Of a stretch of 64,000 bases of DNA, positions 19,230 to 28,343 are shown piece after piece. Position 1 is the first letter of the stretch. The number at the start of each line of letters is the position of its first letter. Under the pieces are notes generated by a model. The model searched no databases, was not told the origin of the DNA, and worked only from the letters and a program-made list of their open reading frames with translations. The DNA is taken from the NCBI GenBank assembly GCA_016198755.1, contig JACQIB010000004.1, forward strand, positions 128,001 through 192,000. The letters run 5' to 3'. The DNA is from Candidatus Aenigmatarchaeota archaeon. Its GTDB lineage: Archaea; Aenigmatarchaeota; Aenigmatarchaeia; Aenigmatarchaeales; JACQIB01. Position numbers and translations under genes: made by a program.

Positions 19230-22145
19230 ATGGATGCAAAAAAGATAGTGCTGGTTGCGGTACTGAGTTTTCTAGTCTTAATTATACCTGTCTTTGCAGC
19301 AAACTATAATCTTACTGTATATACTTATGATAAGAACACGGGAGTAAGTCTTGGTACAGACTACATAAAGGTTCTTGATTCTTCCGGAAATGTTGCCTGC
19401 CGAACAGCAGGTGCAGGGTTTAGTTCTCTTATATGTAACCTTCCAAAGGCACAATACACAATACAGGCATACAATCCAAAATACAATCCTATGGTAGACA
19501 CATTTACACTGCGCTCAGATCAGACGCGTCATTTATTCCTTGTCCCTGATATAACTTTGCCCATTTCAGCACTTTCTGCATCAGGTACAAAGGGAAATCC
19601 TATTAATGGTGTGGACTGGTATACAACTGCAGTTGTAGTGGATATATCATGTTCTGATGCTTCTGGCAGTGGTTGCAACAAAATTTATGCCACGCTTGGT
19701 AAAGACTCTTACGTAAGCCAGTCAGGTCAGCCACTTTCCATACAAGTTAACTCCGATGGGAGTTATACTCTAAAATATTATTCTGTTGATATGGCAGGTA
19801 ACAGGGAAAATGAAAAGGAATATGTATTTGGGGTAGACACAACACCTCCTGTTATTGCTGGTGCAGGCTCAGATTGGACAAATGTTGCACAGCAATTCAA
19901 TCCATCCTGTTCTGATCCTGAATCGGGCTGCGGAACATTTTTTGGATACGTTTCCTCTACAGTTATAGCACAGTGTCCTGCAACTCCCGCATCTTATAAT
20001 GTTCCATTGCCTGCTGCAGTTTCTACTCATGTATTTTGGTGTGCTGGGGCAGCAAATAATGTTGGACTTTTCAGTTTTACTCCATTGCCTTTTGAGTTCA
20101 AAGTTGATTTAGTTCCGCCAGTTGTAACATCCAGAGATATTCCCAATGGAACAGTTTATTCCCCTTCTCAGGTTTACTGGTTCAATGCAACCATTTCAGA
20201 TAATGAAGTTCTCCAAACAGTTGAATTTGATTTGGATGGGCAGCGCTTTTTGCCTACAAATGACAACGGAGAATATGGAATTAATTTTGTTGGACTCGGT
20301 GCTGGAACACATTCCTATCGCTGGAGAGCAGTGGACATGGCAAGGAATGACCATGTTTTTGTAAACAATCTCGTAATAACAAAGGCTCCAACAAGCATGT
20401 CACTAACAGTAGATGGATCTTCCCTAAGGCAGATGATTGATGTTGATACACAGTTCACTCTAAGAGCAGAGCTGAATGCATCAGGCTTACTTTCAATTAC
20501 ATCTGATTTCCCATGGTTTTCCCAGATTTCAAGCCAAAGTCCAACACAGTCAGCAATAACTTTTAACAATACAGGCACATTTACAATAACAGCAGATTTT
20601 GCAGGTGATAACAACTATCTGCCTTCCTCAGCTTCAATCATTATTGATTCTGTTGAAAGGCCTGATACAGAAGCTCCTGTCTTGGTTTTTGTTTCCCCTT
20701 TAAATGAAAGCACTGTGCAAACTTCAACTGTTCCAATAGAATTCACTGTATCCGATGCAAATCCCTATACAATAAACCTGAGCATTGATGGTGCAACACC
20801 TACAGTTATAACAGGCAGCACAACTCTTAACCTCTCCCAAAACTCTGTACACACTTTAACATTTTCTCTGCAGGATATTCTAGGAAATACAGCAAACTAT
20901 GTTCTGCAGTTTACAATACCTATTTTGAGCACTGTGTCAGACAGCATTATAGATGGCGTTAATTTTACAGGTGACGTTTTGAATGCTCTCGAAGGAAGAA
21001 GCACTTTTGTGCGCTCTGAGATTGTAAACTCCACAGTTTCTATCTCAAATCTAACTGATTCCAGACTTGTGCGCAGCACAATAGAGAACACAAACTTAAC
21101 AAATTCCAAGGTTACTGATGCAACTCTTAAGAATTCTGTTTTGCTTCGCAGCACTTTCATTGGAAAGGAAGCTGAGGATGTTTTTGCAGAAGACAGTTTC
21201 TTGGATCCAGGCAACTTCACAGGTTCAAAATTCAAAAACTGCAATATTGTAAACTCTAATGTTACCTATAGCAATGTTGCAGACTGTTCAATAACAGACA
21301 GCAATGTTAATGGTTCAGTAATTGTTGGAAGCACGTTTAATCTAAAAAGTTATGTTTTCAACAATTCAGATGTTCATGGAATTGATGGAACAGGAGTTAA
21401 CATAACAAATGACAAGCTTGTTTCCGGTACAGTAACATACAAAGGCAACAGCTTTACAGCACCAATGACTTTGTCAGATATTTACAATTATGTTGCTTCA
21501 GAACAACAAAAAGATCCGGGCCCATGGGCTACTGGCGGTGGCGGAGGCGGTGGAGGATTTACTCCAGTCTATTCTGTTTCAGCTTCAGCTGATGGAAGTT
21601 CTTTTGATATGAAACAGGGAGATGTAAATAGGCTGACAGTAGAATTGGAGAATAAAGGAAATATGATGCTTACAGGTTTGACATTTACACTTACAGAAAT
21701 ACCTGCTAATTGGTACAGCTTTGAAGGCCTTCCTGCTTCTCTTGAGGCAGGGCAGAAAACAAATATAACAGTGGTTTTCGCTCCCACAGGAGTAAGTGCT
21801 GATAAAACAGGAAAGCTTTTGGTAAACAGCACAGAAGGAGCTGTTTCCGAGGTTCCAGTTTCAATAAAGTTCACAGGCTCAGCTCCTCAGACAACCACAA
21901 CAATACCTGAAGTAAAGGTAAATGCAACTCTCCCAGGAACAACAACCACAACAACAGTAGGACCAAATCCATTGACAGGTTTCTTTACGGTTATTGGAGG
22001 CAATCCAGCAGCAGTTGCAGTTGTAGGAATAGTGCTGGTTGTTATAGGTTCAATTGGCTGGAGCATGAGAAGTGATTCTGCAAAGAAAAAGCGCGCAGCT
22101 GTAGCTGAGGCAGAAGAAACCGAACAGGAAGGCAATAACAATTAA
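19230..22145 (+). CDS. Large cell-surface protein (Ig-like repeats, beta-helix, C-terminal TM anchor)
   Basis: Signal peptide; YYSVDMAGNRE, DTTPP and YRWRAVD Ig motifs; NS.I/V pentad repeats; poly-Gly and Thr linkers; TM followed by KKKR. Confidence 0.88.
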   Translation: MDAKKIVLVAVLSFLVLIIPVFAANYNLTVYTYDKNTGVSLGTDYIKVLDSSGNVACRTAGAGFSSLICNLPKAQYTIQAYNPKYNPMVDTFTLRSDQTRHLFLVPDITLPISALSASGTKGNPINGVDWYTTAVVVDISCSDASGSGCNKIYATLGKDSYVSQSGQPLSIQVNSDGSYTLKYYSVDMAGNRENEKEYVFGVDTTPPVIAGAGSDWTNVAQQFNPSCSDPESGCGTFFGYVSSTVIAQCPATPASYNVPLPAAVSTHVFWCAGAANNVGLFSFTPLPFEFKVDLVPPVVTSRDIPNGTVYSPSQVYWFNATISDNEVLQTVEFDLDGQRFLPTNDNGEYGINFVGLGAGTHSYRWRAVDMARNDHVFVNNLVITKAPTSMSLTVDGSSLRQMIDVDTQFTLRAELNASGLLSITSDFPWFSQISSQSPTQSAITFNNTGTFTITADFAGDNNYLPSSASIIIDSVERPDTEAPVLVFVSPLNESTVQTSTVPIEFTVSDANPYTINLSIDGATPTVITGSTTLNLSQNSVHTLTFSLQDILGNTANYVLQFTIPILSTVSDSIIDGVNFTGDVLNALEGRSTFVRSEIVNSTVSISNLTDSRLVRSTIENTNLTNSKVTDATLKNSVLLRSTFIGKEAEDVFAEDSFLDPGNFTGSKFKNCNIVNSNVTYSNVADCSITDSNVNGSVIVGSTFNLKSYVFNNSDVHGIDGTGVNITNDKLVSGTVTYKGNSFTAPMTLSDIYNYVASEQQKDPGPWATGGGGGGGGFTPVYSVSASADGSSFDMKQGDVNRLTVELENKGNMMLTGLTFTLTEIPANWYSFEGLPASLEAGQKTNITVVFAPTGVSADKTGKLLVNSTEGAVSEVPVSIKFTGSAPQTTTTIPEVKVNATLPGTTTTTTVGPNPLTGFFTVIGGNPAAVAVVGIVLVVIGSIGWSMRSDSAKKKRAAVAEAEETEQEGNNN

Positions 22146-22221
22146 GGTTTTTCTAACACTAAACAGGCGGCTTTATATACTATGAGAGAGTAATAAATAT
22201 TATACGACAAGAGGCGATGGT

Positions 22222-22341
22222 ATGTACGAAGAAATGTTATTGCCTGAAGACAAGAGAAAGGTAGTTGAGGAAGAAGATAAGAAAGAAGCTACAGATCCTG
22301 AACACAGAGTCAGGGAGTTTGCAGCAGATCTATACGACTAA
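22222..22341 (+). CDS. 39-aa acidic small protein (MYEEMLLPEDKRK...ADLYD)
   Basis: Fills the intergenic gap; TATA at 22170-22180 and GAGGCGA RBS upstream. Confidence 0.5.
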   Translation: MYEEMLLPEDKRKVVEEEDKKEATDPEHRVREFAADLYD

Positions 22342-22349
22342 CCATAGAT

Positions 22350-23030
22350 TTACTCTTCTTTTTCTTTCCCTATTGTAAAATCAGTAAGCCCTTTTTGTTT
22401 TTTCTTCCCTTTCAATTCCCTTACAGTCTCCCAGCTATGCCTTATCCATTCCAGATTCTTTTTTTCCTTTAAACATTTTTTAACAAATTCTATTGTTCTT
22501 GAATCATGCGGATATCCAACACCAAAATTCACACCTACAAGTTTCTTTATTTGTTCAATTTCCCTGTCTCTCTCAACTTTGGCTAAAATAGAAGCTGCTG
22601 AAACAACAGGCCAGTTCTTATCAGCATAATTTTCAGCTATAATTTTTGTATGGTTCTTTGCCATAGCCAAAAGATAGGCTTTGAATTTCTCCGTTGAAAC
22701 CTGCGGCGCATCCACTACAGCAGTATCGGGCCCGAAAACTTTTATTATCTCAGCCATTTTCTCAGCTTCAATCCTGTTCAGGTTCTTCTTTGCAGCTCTC
22801 ATTTCGTCTATTTGCTGAGCTGAAATTTTAATTAACACAAAATCCTTAACAACAGCCTTTATTTTAATTTCCAGTTTCTCTCTTTGTAAAGGAGTAAGAA
22901 GTTTGCTGTCTTTCGCCCCCATTTCCTTTAGCTTTTTTTCATCCGTCTCCTCTATAACAACCCCGCCAATAACCAATGGCCCGACGACTGCACCACGCCC
23001 AGCCTCATCAATACCCAAAAGCGTTCTCAT
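22350..23030 (-). CDS. rnhB: Ribonuclease HII
   Basis: GIDEAGRG, DSK.L, VSAASILAKV.RD; C-terminal PIP box QKGLTDF; GGAGGTG RBS before ATG 23030. Confidence 0.97.
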   Translation of the reverse strand: MRTLLGIDEAGRGAVVGPLVIGGVVIEETDEKKLKEMGAKDSKLLTPLQREKLEIKIKAVVKDFVLIKISAQQIDEMRAAKKNLNRIEAEKMAEIIKVFGPDTAVVDAPQVSTEKFKAYLLAMAKNHTKIIAENYADKNWPVVSAASILAKVERDREIEQIKKLVGVNFGVGYPHDSRTIEFVKKCLKEKKNLEWIRHSWETVRELKGKKKQKGLTDFTIGKEKEE

Positions 23031-23079
23031 TCTCACACCTCCTATAATGTCTTTAATGCTGAGCAGAATATAAGCCTTC

Positions 23080-24075
23080 TCAAACCCCAAGGGACTTTAA
23101 TCTCAGCCCATGTGTTAACAAATGCCAGTTCTTTCCTGCTGGTGCTGTTGCAGGTACAATATGCCTTCCAACAGGGTTGTGTGTATCAGCGTAGAATGTA
23201 CTGTATTTATTTCCTTGTAAAAGATTATAAAGCCATGTTCCGCTTATAGTGTCCCCAGGAAGGCTTTCCATATACATAACAGCTCCGTGCAAATCAGCTG
23301 TGTGGTGAGCATCAGCTTCCACAACTTTTCTTACATCTCTATGTGCATAAACATCCTTCAAATCCTGTGAAATATCCAATGAAAGGCTGTTAGAATTAGG
23401 CATTATAGAGTTTGCTGTTGCAACTGGCAGGATTTGTCTTCCGCGTACTCCAGACCTGAGAATACTTTTAACTGTAGACGGAGCCATTCTCCATCCATAT
23501 CCATGGTGGCTCTCAACTTCCTGTAATCCATCAGAAGGTGATGGGTGTGGAATAATCGGAAATCCAATGCCGCTGATATAAATAAGGTCTGAAAGCTCCT
23601 CTGCAGTAGGGTTTCTTGCTCCCCTTTCTACAAATTCATCATAATGTGTTTGCATAAATTCAAGAGTTCCGTTTTCATCGAACGGTGCAAAAATAACATG
23701 AGGCCCCCCTGTCAGTTCATTATCTTTTCCATATACTGTTGAAAATTCTGCCCCCACAATAAATTTAACTCTGTCTTTCAATTGCCTTGCTAGATCAAGT
23801 TCCCTTTCCACAACACCATATTCCGGATCATGGTCTGTTAAAAGAACGACAGAAACTATCCCAGCATTCTCGCAAGCATCAGCTACCTGTTCCATACCCT
23901 GCACAGAATCTCCCGAGCCTTCAGTAACGTGCGTGTGCAAAACAGTTCCTATATAGTTCCCGTCCAAAGAACCCTTAAACCTTCCCTGCCTTTCTACTCT
24001 TCCTCGCGAAAGCATTGGGGCTGTCAAACCCTCGTCTATAAACCTTGCAAATCCATACAGGCTCTCCCATCCCAT
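23080..24075 (-). CDS. PHP-family metal-dependent phosphoesterase (divergent)
   Basis: LHTH, LTDHD, GAEFST, PHP and DAH motifs. Confidence 0.8.
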   Translation of the reverse strand: MGWESLYGFARFIDEGLTAPMLSRGRVERQGRFKGSLDGNYIGTVLHTHVTEGSGDSVQGMEQVADACENAGIVSVVLLTDHDPEYGVVERELDLARQLKDRVKFIVGAEFSTVYGKDNELTGGPHVIFAPFDENGTLEFMQTHYDEFVERGARNPTAEELSDLIYISGIGFPIIPHPSPSDGLQEVESHHGYGWRMAPSTVKSILRSGVRGRQILPVATANSIMPNSNSLSLDISQDLKDVYAHRDVRKVVEADAHHTADLHGAVMYMESLPGDTISGTWLYNLLQGNKYSTFYADTHNPVGRHIVPATAPAGKNWHLLTHGLRLKSLGV

Positions 24076-24141
24076 AATTGGAGTTGGAAGGAAATCTTTA
24101 AATATACAGTATTTTTAAGCTCGCATGCACAAAGCTGTTGT

Positions 24142-24789
24142 ATGAACACTATATACGAAATATTCGGGCCAATAAAAATACACCCGCTTGGAAGGTACAG
24201 CTATATTTTATCTGTTGTTCTAATGGCTTATCTGGGTTCTCAGAGGTATGGGGAGGTTTACTGGCAGGCTGCTCTTGGATTTGCGTTGGTTTTGTTTGCA
24301 GCGCGTGCATTAAGAAAATGGTGGAAACTTACTTTTACTGCCGGTTCGATTATTCTGTTAGCTTACTTCCAGATACAAAATAATCTTTCCACTGCAATAC
24401 AGGATATTTTACTCTCCCAGCTCTTCACAGCGCTTTTCTGGGGACTTTATTTCAGGATGTTTGTCTGGAGGCTTATGGGACCCGAACATTACCATAAAGA
24501 AGAGCTGTTTGATCATTCAAAATTCTGGAGAAGGCCTCACTCTCTTATAATGCCAATACTTTTCAGCCTAGTTTACTCTATTGTGCCCATATTCATATTC
24601 AAGTTTTCTTTAACAACAGTAATCTGGCCCCTCTTAGTTCTGCTTTTTATGGGTTTCATTTTTTTCGGGAAAATGGAATATAACGAGAGGAACCCAACAA
24701 AATCCAACAGTGTATATAATTTGCTTTTTTACGGGACAACAATAGTACTTTTCTACATGTTCTATACTTTTGTGTTTTCTGTTGCTTAG
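24142..24789 (+). CDS. Hypothetical multi-pass membrane protein
   Basis: Six to seven hydrophobic segments; probable start 24142. Confidence 0.75.
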   Translation: MNTIYEIFGPIKIHPLGRYSYILSVVLMAYLGSQRYGEVYWQAALGFALVLFAARALRKWWKLTFTAGSIILLAYFQIQNNLSTAIQDILLSQLFTALFWGLYFRMFVWRLMGPEHYHKEELFDHSKFWRRPHSLIMPILFSLVYSIVPIFIFKFSLTTVIWPLLVLLFMGFIFFGKMEYNERNPTKSNSVYNLLFYGTTIVLFYMFYTFVFSVA

Positions 24790-24865
24790 AAATTTTTCCA
24801 GTGCAGGAAAGCCTGTACTGACTATTTATATAGACTGCTGTTCAATAGGAAAAAAGGTGAGCGTG

Positions 24866-25179
24866 ATGTCCAACCAATATGTAAGAGGGGGAATCAGGAG
24901 CCAATTTGCAAAGGCTCGGTTAGCCTGAAAAAGGTTCTTCACCGCGCCCTTAACAACAATCAGATACTGCTTCTCAACGAGATTGGAAACAATGGACATG
25001 AAACCATAACAGCTCTCACAGACACACTTTCAAGAAAATCCAATATACCGCTTTCTACATTAAAGCTGAATTCTGCAATACTGAAAGAGCTAGGACTGGT
25101 AAAAATAGAGCTATGGGAGCCTGTTTCCCTTACTCATGCAGGAAAAGAAATCCTCAGGCTTTTGGGTGAGGGAAAATGA
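24866..25179 (+). CDS. Winged-helix protein, frameshifted or non-canonical start (possible pseudogene)
   Basis: An open frame encodes LKKVLHRALNNNQILLL...TITALTDTLSRKSNIPLSTLKLNSAILKELGLV...LTHAGKEIL and ends in an ATGA overlap with the racemase. The RBS-linked ATG at 24866 is in another frame. Confidence 0.7.
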
Positions 25180-25871
25180 GAACAGTGGGGGTTCTGGGAG
25201 GGTTCGGTCCTGAAGCTACATCAGAGTTCTATGTTTCTATTGTAAACAAGAACCGCGCACTGAACAAGATTGCACACCCGAGCATTCTGATATACAATGT
25301 GCCAAACCTGTTCAGGCTTGAGGAAGCAGCTGTTAAAACAGATGGAAATCTGGGGGAGTTTTTGCCTCTCCTGCTCAGTGGAATAAAGATACTGGAAGAG
25401 AAATCAGACTTTATTGTCATGCCCTGCAATACATTGCATATATTCATAGAGGATATAAGGAAAGCCAGCAGGGTTCCTGTGCTTAGCATTTTGGATGAGA
25501 CTGTTGGAAGGATAAAAAAGATGGGTATAAGGAAAATAGGAATTCTGGCAACAATGAAAACAATTAAGGAAAAGCTGTTTGAAGAAAAGCTGGAAGAAAA
25601 TGGAATAGAAACAATAAAACCAGATATTTCTGAGCAAAAAAGGGTTTCAGAAATAATCCACTGTATACTGAAAGGGGAAAAAACAGAGGAGATGAAAACA
25701 GAGCTCTTGGGCATTGTAACTGGACTGAAAGAGAAAGGTGCTGAGGCTGTTATTTTAGGCTGTACAGATTTACAGCTATTGATAAATCAGGAAAATTCTG
25801 GTGTAAAGCTTATAGACACTGTGGATGTACTTGCTGATTCTGCAGTTAGAATTTTAAATGAGGGTGGCTAA
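25176..25871 (+). CDS. Aspartate/glutamate-family amino-acid racemase (PLP-independent)
   Basis: GVLGG.GP.AT..FY, PCNT.H and LGCTDL two-cysteine motifs. Confidence 0.92.
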   Translation: MRTVGVLGGFGPEATSEFYVSIVNKNRALNKIAHPSILIYNVPNLFRLEEAAVKTDGNLGEFLPLLLSGIKILEEKSDFIVMPCNTLHIFIEDIRKASRVPVLSILDETVGRIKKMGIRKIGILATMKTIKEKLFEEKLEENGIETIKPDISEQKRVSEIIHCILKGEKTEEMKTELLGIVTGLKEKGAEAVILGCTDLQLLINQENSGVKLIDTVDVLADSAVRILNEGG

Positions 25872-25872
25872 A

Positions 25873-26820
25873 ATGAAAGAAGAAAATCTGCTTGGGATGG
25901 TTGGGAAGGAGTACTTAGTTTCCCATTCTATTCTGGGAAAGGATTTGGAAAGTTCAACCGGTCTCTTTTTTGGGATTGGGTTGAGCAACAAGGAAACTGT
26001 TACTAAAGATTTACCTTTTGATGTGATAGGTATGGTACTGGCAGGGGAGCTGGTAAAGAGGAATCTGGGGCTTGAAAGCGCTACTGTTCTTGTAGCTGAT
26101 GAACATGCAAAAACAAACGGCTTTGATCCGCGGGAGATAGATAAGATAGCGCTGGAAAGGAGGGGGGAGCTTTCAAAAGCAGTAGAGAAGCTTGGTTTTG
26201 TGGGCTGGGATGTTGTGCTTGCCTCAGAGATGTCTAAGGAGCCTTTATACGCAGAAGTACTTTCTTCTGTCGGGACTGGGAACGGTTATGAGAAGTTTCA
26301 GACTGCAAATGTTGAACATTTCAGGAGACTGGGAAAGGGAATAAAGATTGGATGGATGCATGAGGGAATGGAACGTGATGAGAGGAGGTTTGATATGCTT
26401 TACAGCTCTGCTTTTGGAGACCGGGAAACATTTATTTACACGAAGGCTGGGAGAGCTCTGGATGGAACTCCTCTCCCTCCATACTTACACTCCCCAACAA
26501 GGGGCAGGCTGTTCCTAAAGGAGGGGGAAGATATAAAAGGAAAAGTGAAAAGTATGCCAAGAGCTGTTGTAAAGCATTACATTAAGGTACTGAAGTGCCT
26601 TTCGGTTCTTCATGGTGAGACATTTATAGAGAGAGACACGTACGCTGCATCTGATAGCTTGGCAGCTGGGCTAAAACAGGTGTATAGCTCAATATTCGGG
26701 TATTTTGGCCCGCAAGGGTCTATAATTTTTTATATAAAATTTATATTGGTATATAGGAAGAAGCCTCAGTTTAGGCTATTCATATTTCAATTAGTGAATG
26801 TAGTGGGAACATTTATATAG
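25873..26820 (+). CDS. TyrRS-fold protein lacking HIGH/KMSKS motifs
   Basis: VLVADEHAKTN, LGF..WDVVLASE, YEKFQTANVEHF and ALDG align by eye with archaeal TyrRS core segments. Confidence 0.7.
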   Translation: MKEENLLGMVGKEYLVSHSILGKDLESSTGLFFGIGLSNKETVTKDLPFDVIGMVLAGELVKRNLGLESATVLVADEHAKTNGFDPREIDKIALERRGELSKAVEKLGFVGWDVVLASEMSKEPLYAEVLSSVGTGNGYEKFQTANVEHFRRLGKGIKIGWMHEGMERDERRFDMLYSSAFGDRETFIYTKAGRALDGTPLPPYLHSPTRGRLFLKEGEDIKGKVKSMPRAVVKHYIKVLKCLSVLHGETFIERDTYAASDSLAAGLKQVYSSIFGYFGPQGSIIFYIKFILVYRKKPQFRLFIFQLVNVVGTFI

Positions 26821-26852
26821 TAGTGGGAACATATAAATACCTATGGGAACAA
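26801..26852 (+). promoter_or_regulatory. Three direct repeats (TGGGAACA core, 20-bp period) interleaved with TATA elements; putative operator
   Basis: TAGTGGGAACAT at 26801 and 26821, CTATGGGAACAA at 26841. Confidence 0.65.
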
Positions 26853-27589
26853 ATCTGCTATCGCCCATAGCACTTCGTCTAATACATACTCTCCTAGTTA
26901 AAGTTAGAGCATCCCCTTTCCAAGGCTCCGAGGCATATTCTACCCTGAAAATATCAGGGCTAAAAGGCCATCCAGAAGCCCTTGAAAGGGGTCAATCGTT
27001 TGAAGCTCTTACAAAACCACCTTCGGTTAGGGACATATCAAAATTGGCAAACATACCGCTTTCCAAGTGCTCCTCTTATCTCAGTGCTCTGGAGAAGATT
27101 GGGTATATACAGAGAAGACCCAGACTTATGATAATAGATAGAAGAATGGTCTATATACTAGCATATTGCTATCCTTTAAGGAGTATACCGTTTGTTGGCT
27201 TTGAAGGGTTGGAAAGACCTGCTTCTTATGTCCAAAAAATTGCAACCATAGGAAAAGAGAAAAAAATGAAATATGCACTTACTCATTTGGCTGCATCTGA
27301 AGTCATATCACCCTATAAATTTTCTAACTTAGTTTATTTTTATGCAGATCTAGAAAAAGTCTCTGAATGGAAGGAATCATTAAAGAAAGTTGGAATAGCC
27401 GAGAGTGCGAAAGGTTCAATAAGGCTGTTAATATCTGATCTTAATCCATTTACTGGTGCAAGAGAAATTAATGGTATAAAGGTAGTTTCTTCTCCACTGC
27501 TTTATTCCGATCTTTATAGTTCAGGAGAAATCGAGGTTGCAGAATGGATTGCAAAGAACGAGGTGCTATTGAATTATGGCAATATATGA
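26843..27589 (+). CDS. AbiEi-like type IV TA antitoxin / transcriptional regulator
   Basis: HTH (SVRDISKLANIPLS...LEKIGYI), YALT..AA, VVS..LLYSDL. Confidence 0.75.
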   Translation: MGTNLLSPIALRLIHTLLVKVRASPFQGSEAYSTLKISGLKGHPEALERGQSFEALTKPPSVRDISKLANIPLSKCSSYLSALEKIGYIQRRPRLMIIDRRMVYILAYCYPLRSIPFVGFEGLERPASYVQKIATIGKEKKMKYALTHLAASEVISPYKFSNLVYFYADLEKVSEWKESLKKVGIAESAKGSIRLLISDLNPFTGAREINGIKVVSSPLLYSDLYSSGEIEVAEWIAKNEVLLNYGNI

Positions 27590-28343
27590 TCCTGTTGAAA
27601 CAGACACATCAAAACAATATGTGCTTAAATTGTTTAAAGAGACTGGAAACACTGGTGGCATAGGTCTTCTGGGCGGTTGGGCAGTCTATCTTTGGGTTCA
27701 TGAAAATTTCAGAAAGGCAACGGGATCCGAATATCTAGGAAGCAGGGATATAGATGTTTTTATAGACGTTGATTCAGAAGCCGCAGAAAAATTAAATACA
27801 TTTATGCAAAGAAATGGATTTCTGCCAAGCGGTTATTTTTTTAGATACCAATTGATAACAGAAAGAGAAACAGGCAGAGAGTTGACTGAGGAGGAGTCCA
27901 AAAAGATTCAGAGTTATAATCTTTTCATTATATTTTTGGATATCTTCGGTAACAAAGAGAGCAAAGAACTAAAGCTCTGGACCTCACAGCTAATAGCCGA
28001 AATGTTTGAAACAGACTCTAAAGAGGTTTTAATCTTTGAAAATATGCCTATTTTGGTTCCTTCTGTTGATATATTGCTGGCATTAAAAGTAGAAGGATTT
28101 TTAGGAAGAGAAAATACAGAAAAAAAGCAGAAGGATGCGGCAGATATATATGCACTATTTTTTTATAGTGGAGAGTTAAACTGGGATAAATTAAAACATA
28201 AAGACATAATTCGGAAATCTGTTGATATTATGCTCTCTTCGGAATCTTATATAAGATTTATTGCAAAGGAGTTATTTGGAGATGAATTGAAGTTTTCTCT
28301 TGTAAAAGCAAATCTACTCACAGTTTTGGAGAGTCTAAAATAG
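27576..28343 (+). CDS. AbiEii-like nucleotidyltransferase toxin
   Basis: GGWAV, SRDID, LALK, KDAADI motifs; overlaps upstream gene. Confidence 0.8.
   Translation: MAIYDPVETDTSKQYVLKLFKETGNTGGIGLLGGWAVYLWVHENFRKATGSEYLGSRDIDVFIDVDSEAAEKLNTFMQRNGFLPSGYFFRYQLITERETGRELTEEESKKIQSYNLFIIFLDIFGNKESKELKLWTSQLIAEMFETDSKEVLIFENMPILVPSVDILLALKVEGFLGRENTEKKQKDAADIYALFFYSGELNWDKLKHKDIIRKSVDIMLSSESYIRFIAKELFGDELKFSLVKANLLTVLESLK

Noticed and set aside
24926-24928. Selenocysteine or stop read-through at the TGA of the wHTH leader frame
   Set aside because: The wHTH body is in a different frame, so read-through would not restore it.
26801-26852. Possible mini-CRISPR array
   Set aside because: Repeats are 12 nt with 8-nt spacers, overlap a promoter and start codon, and no cas genes are present.
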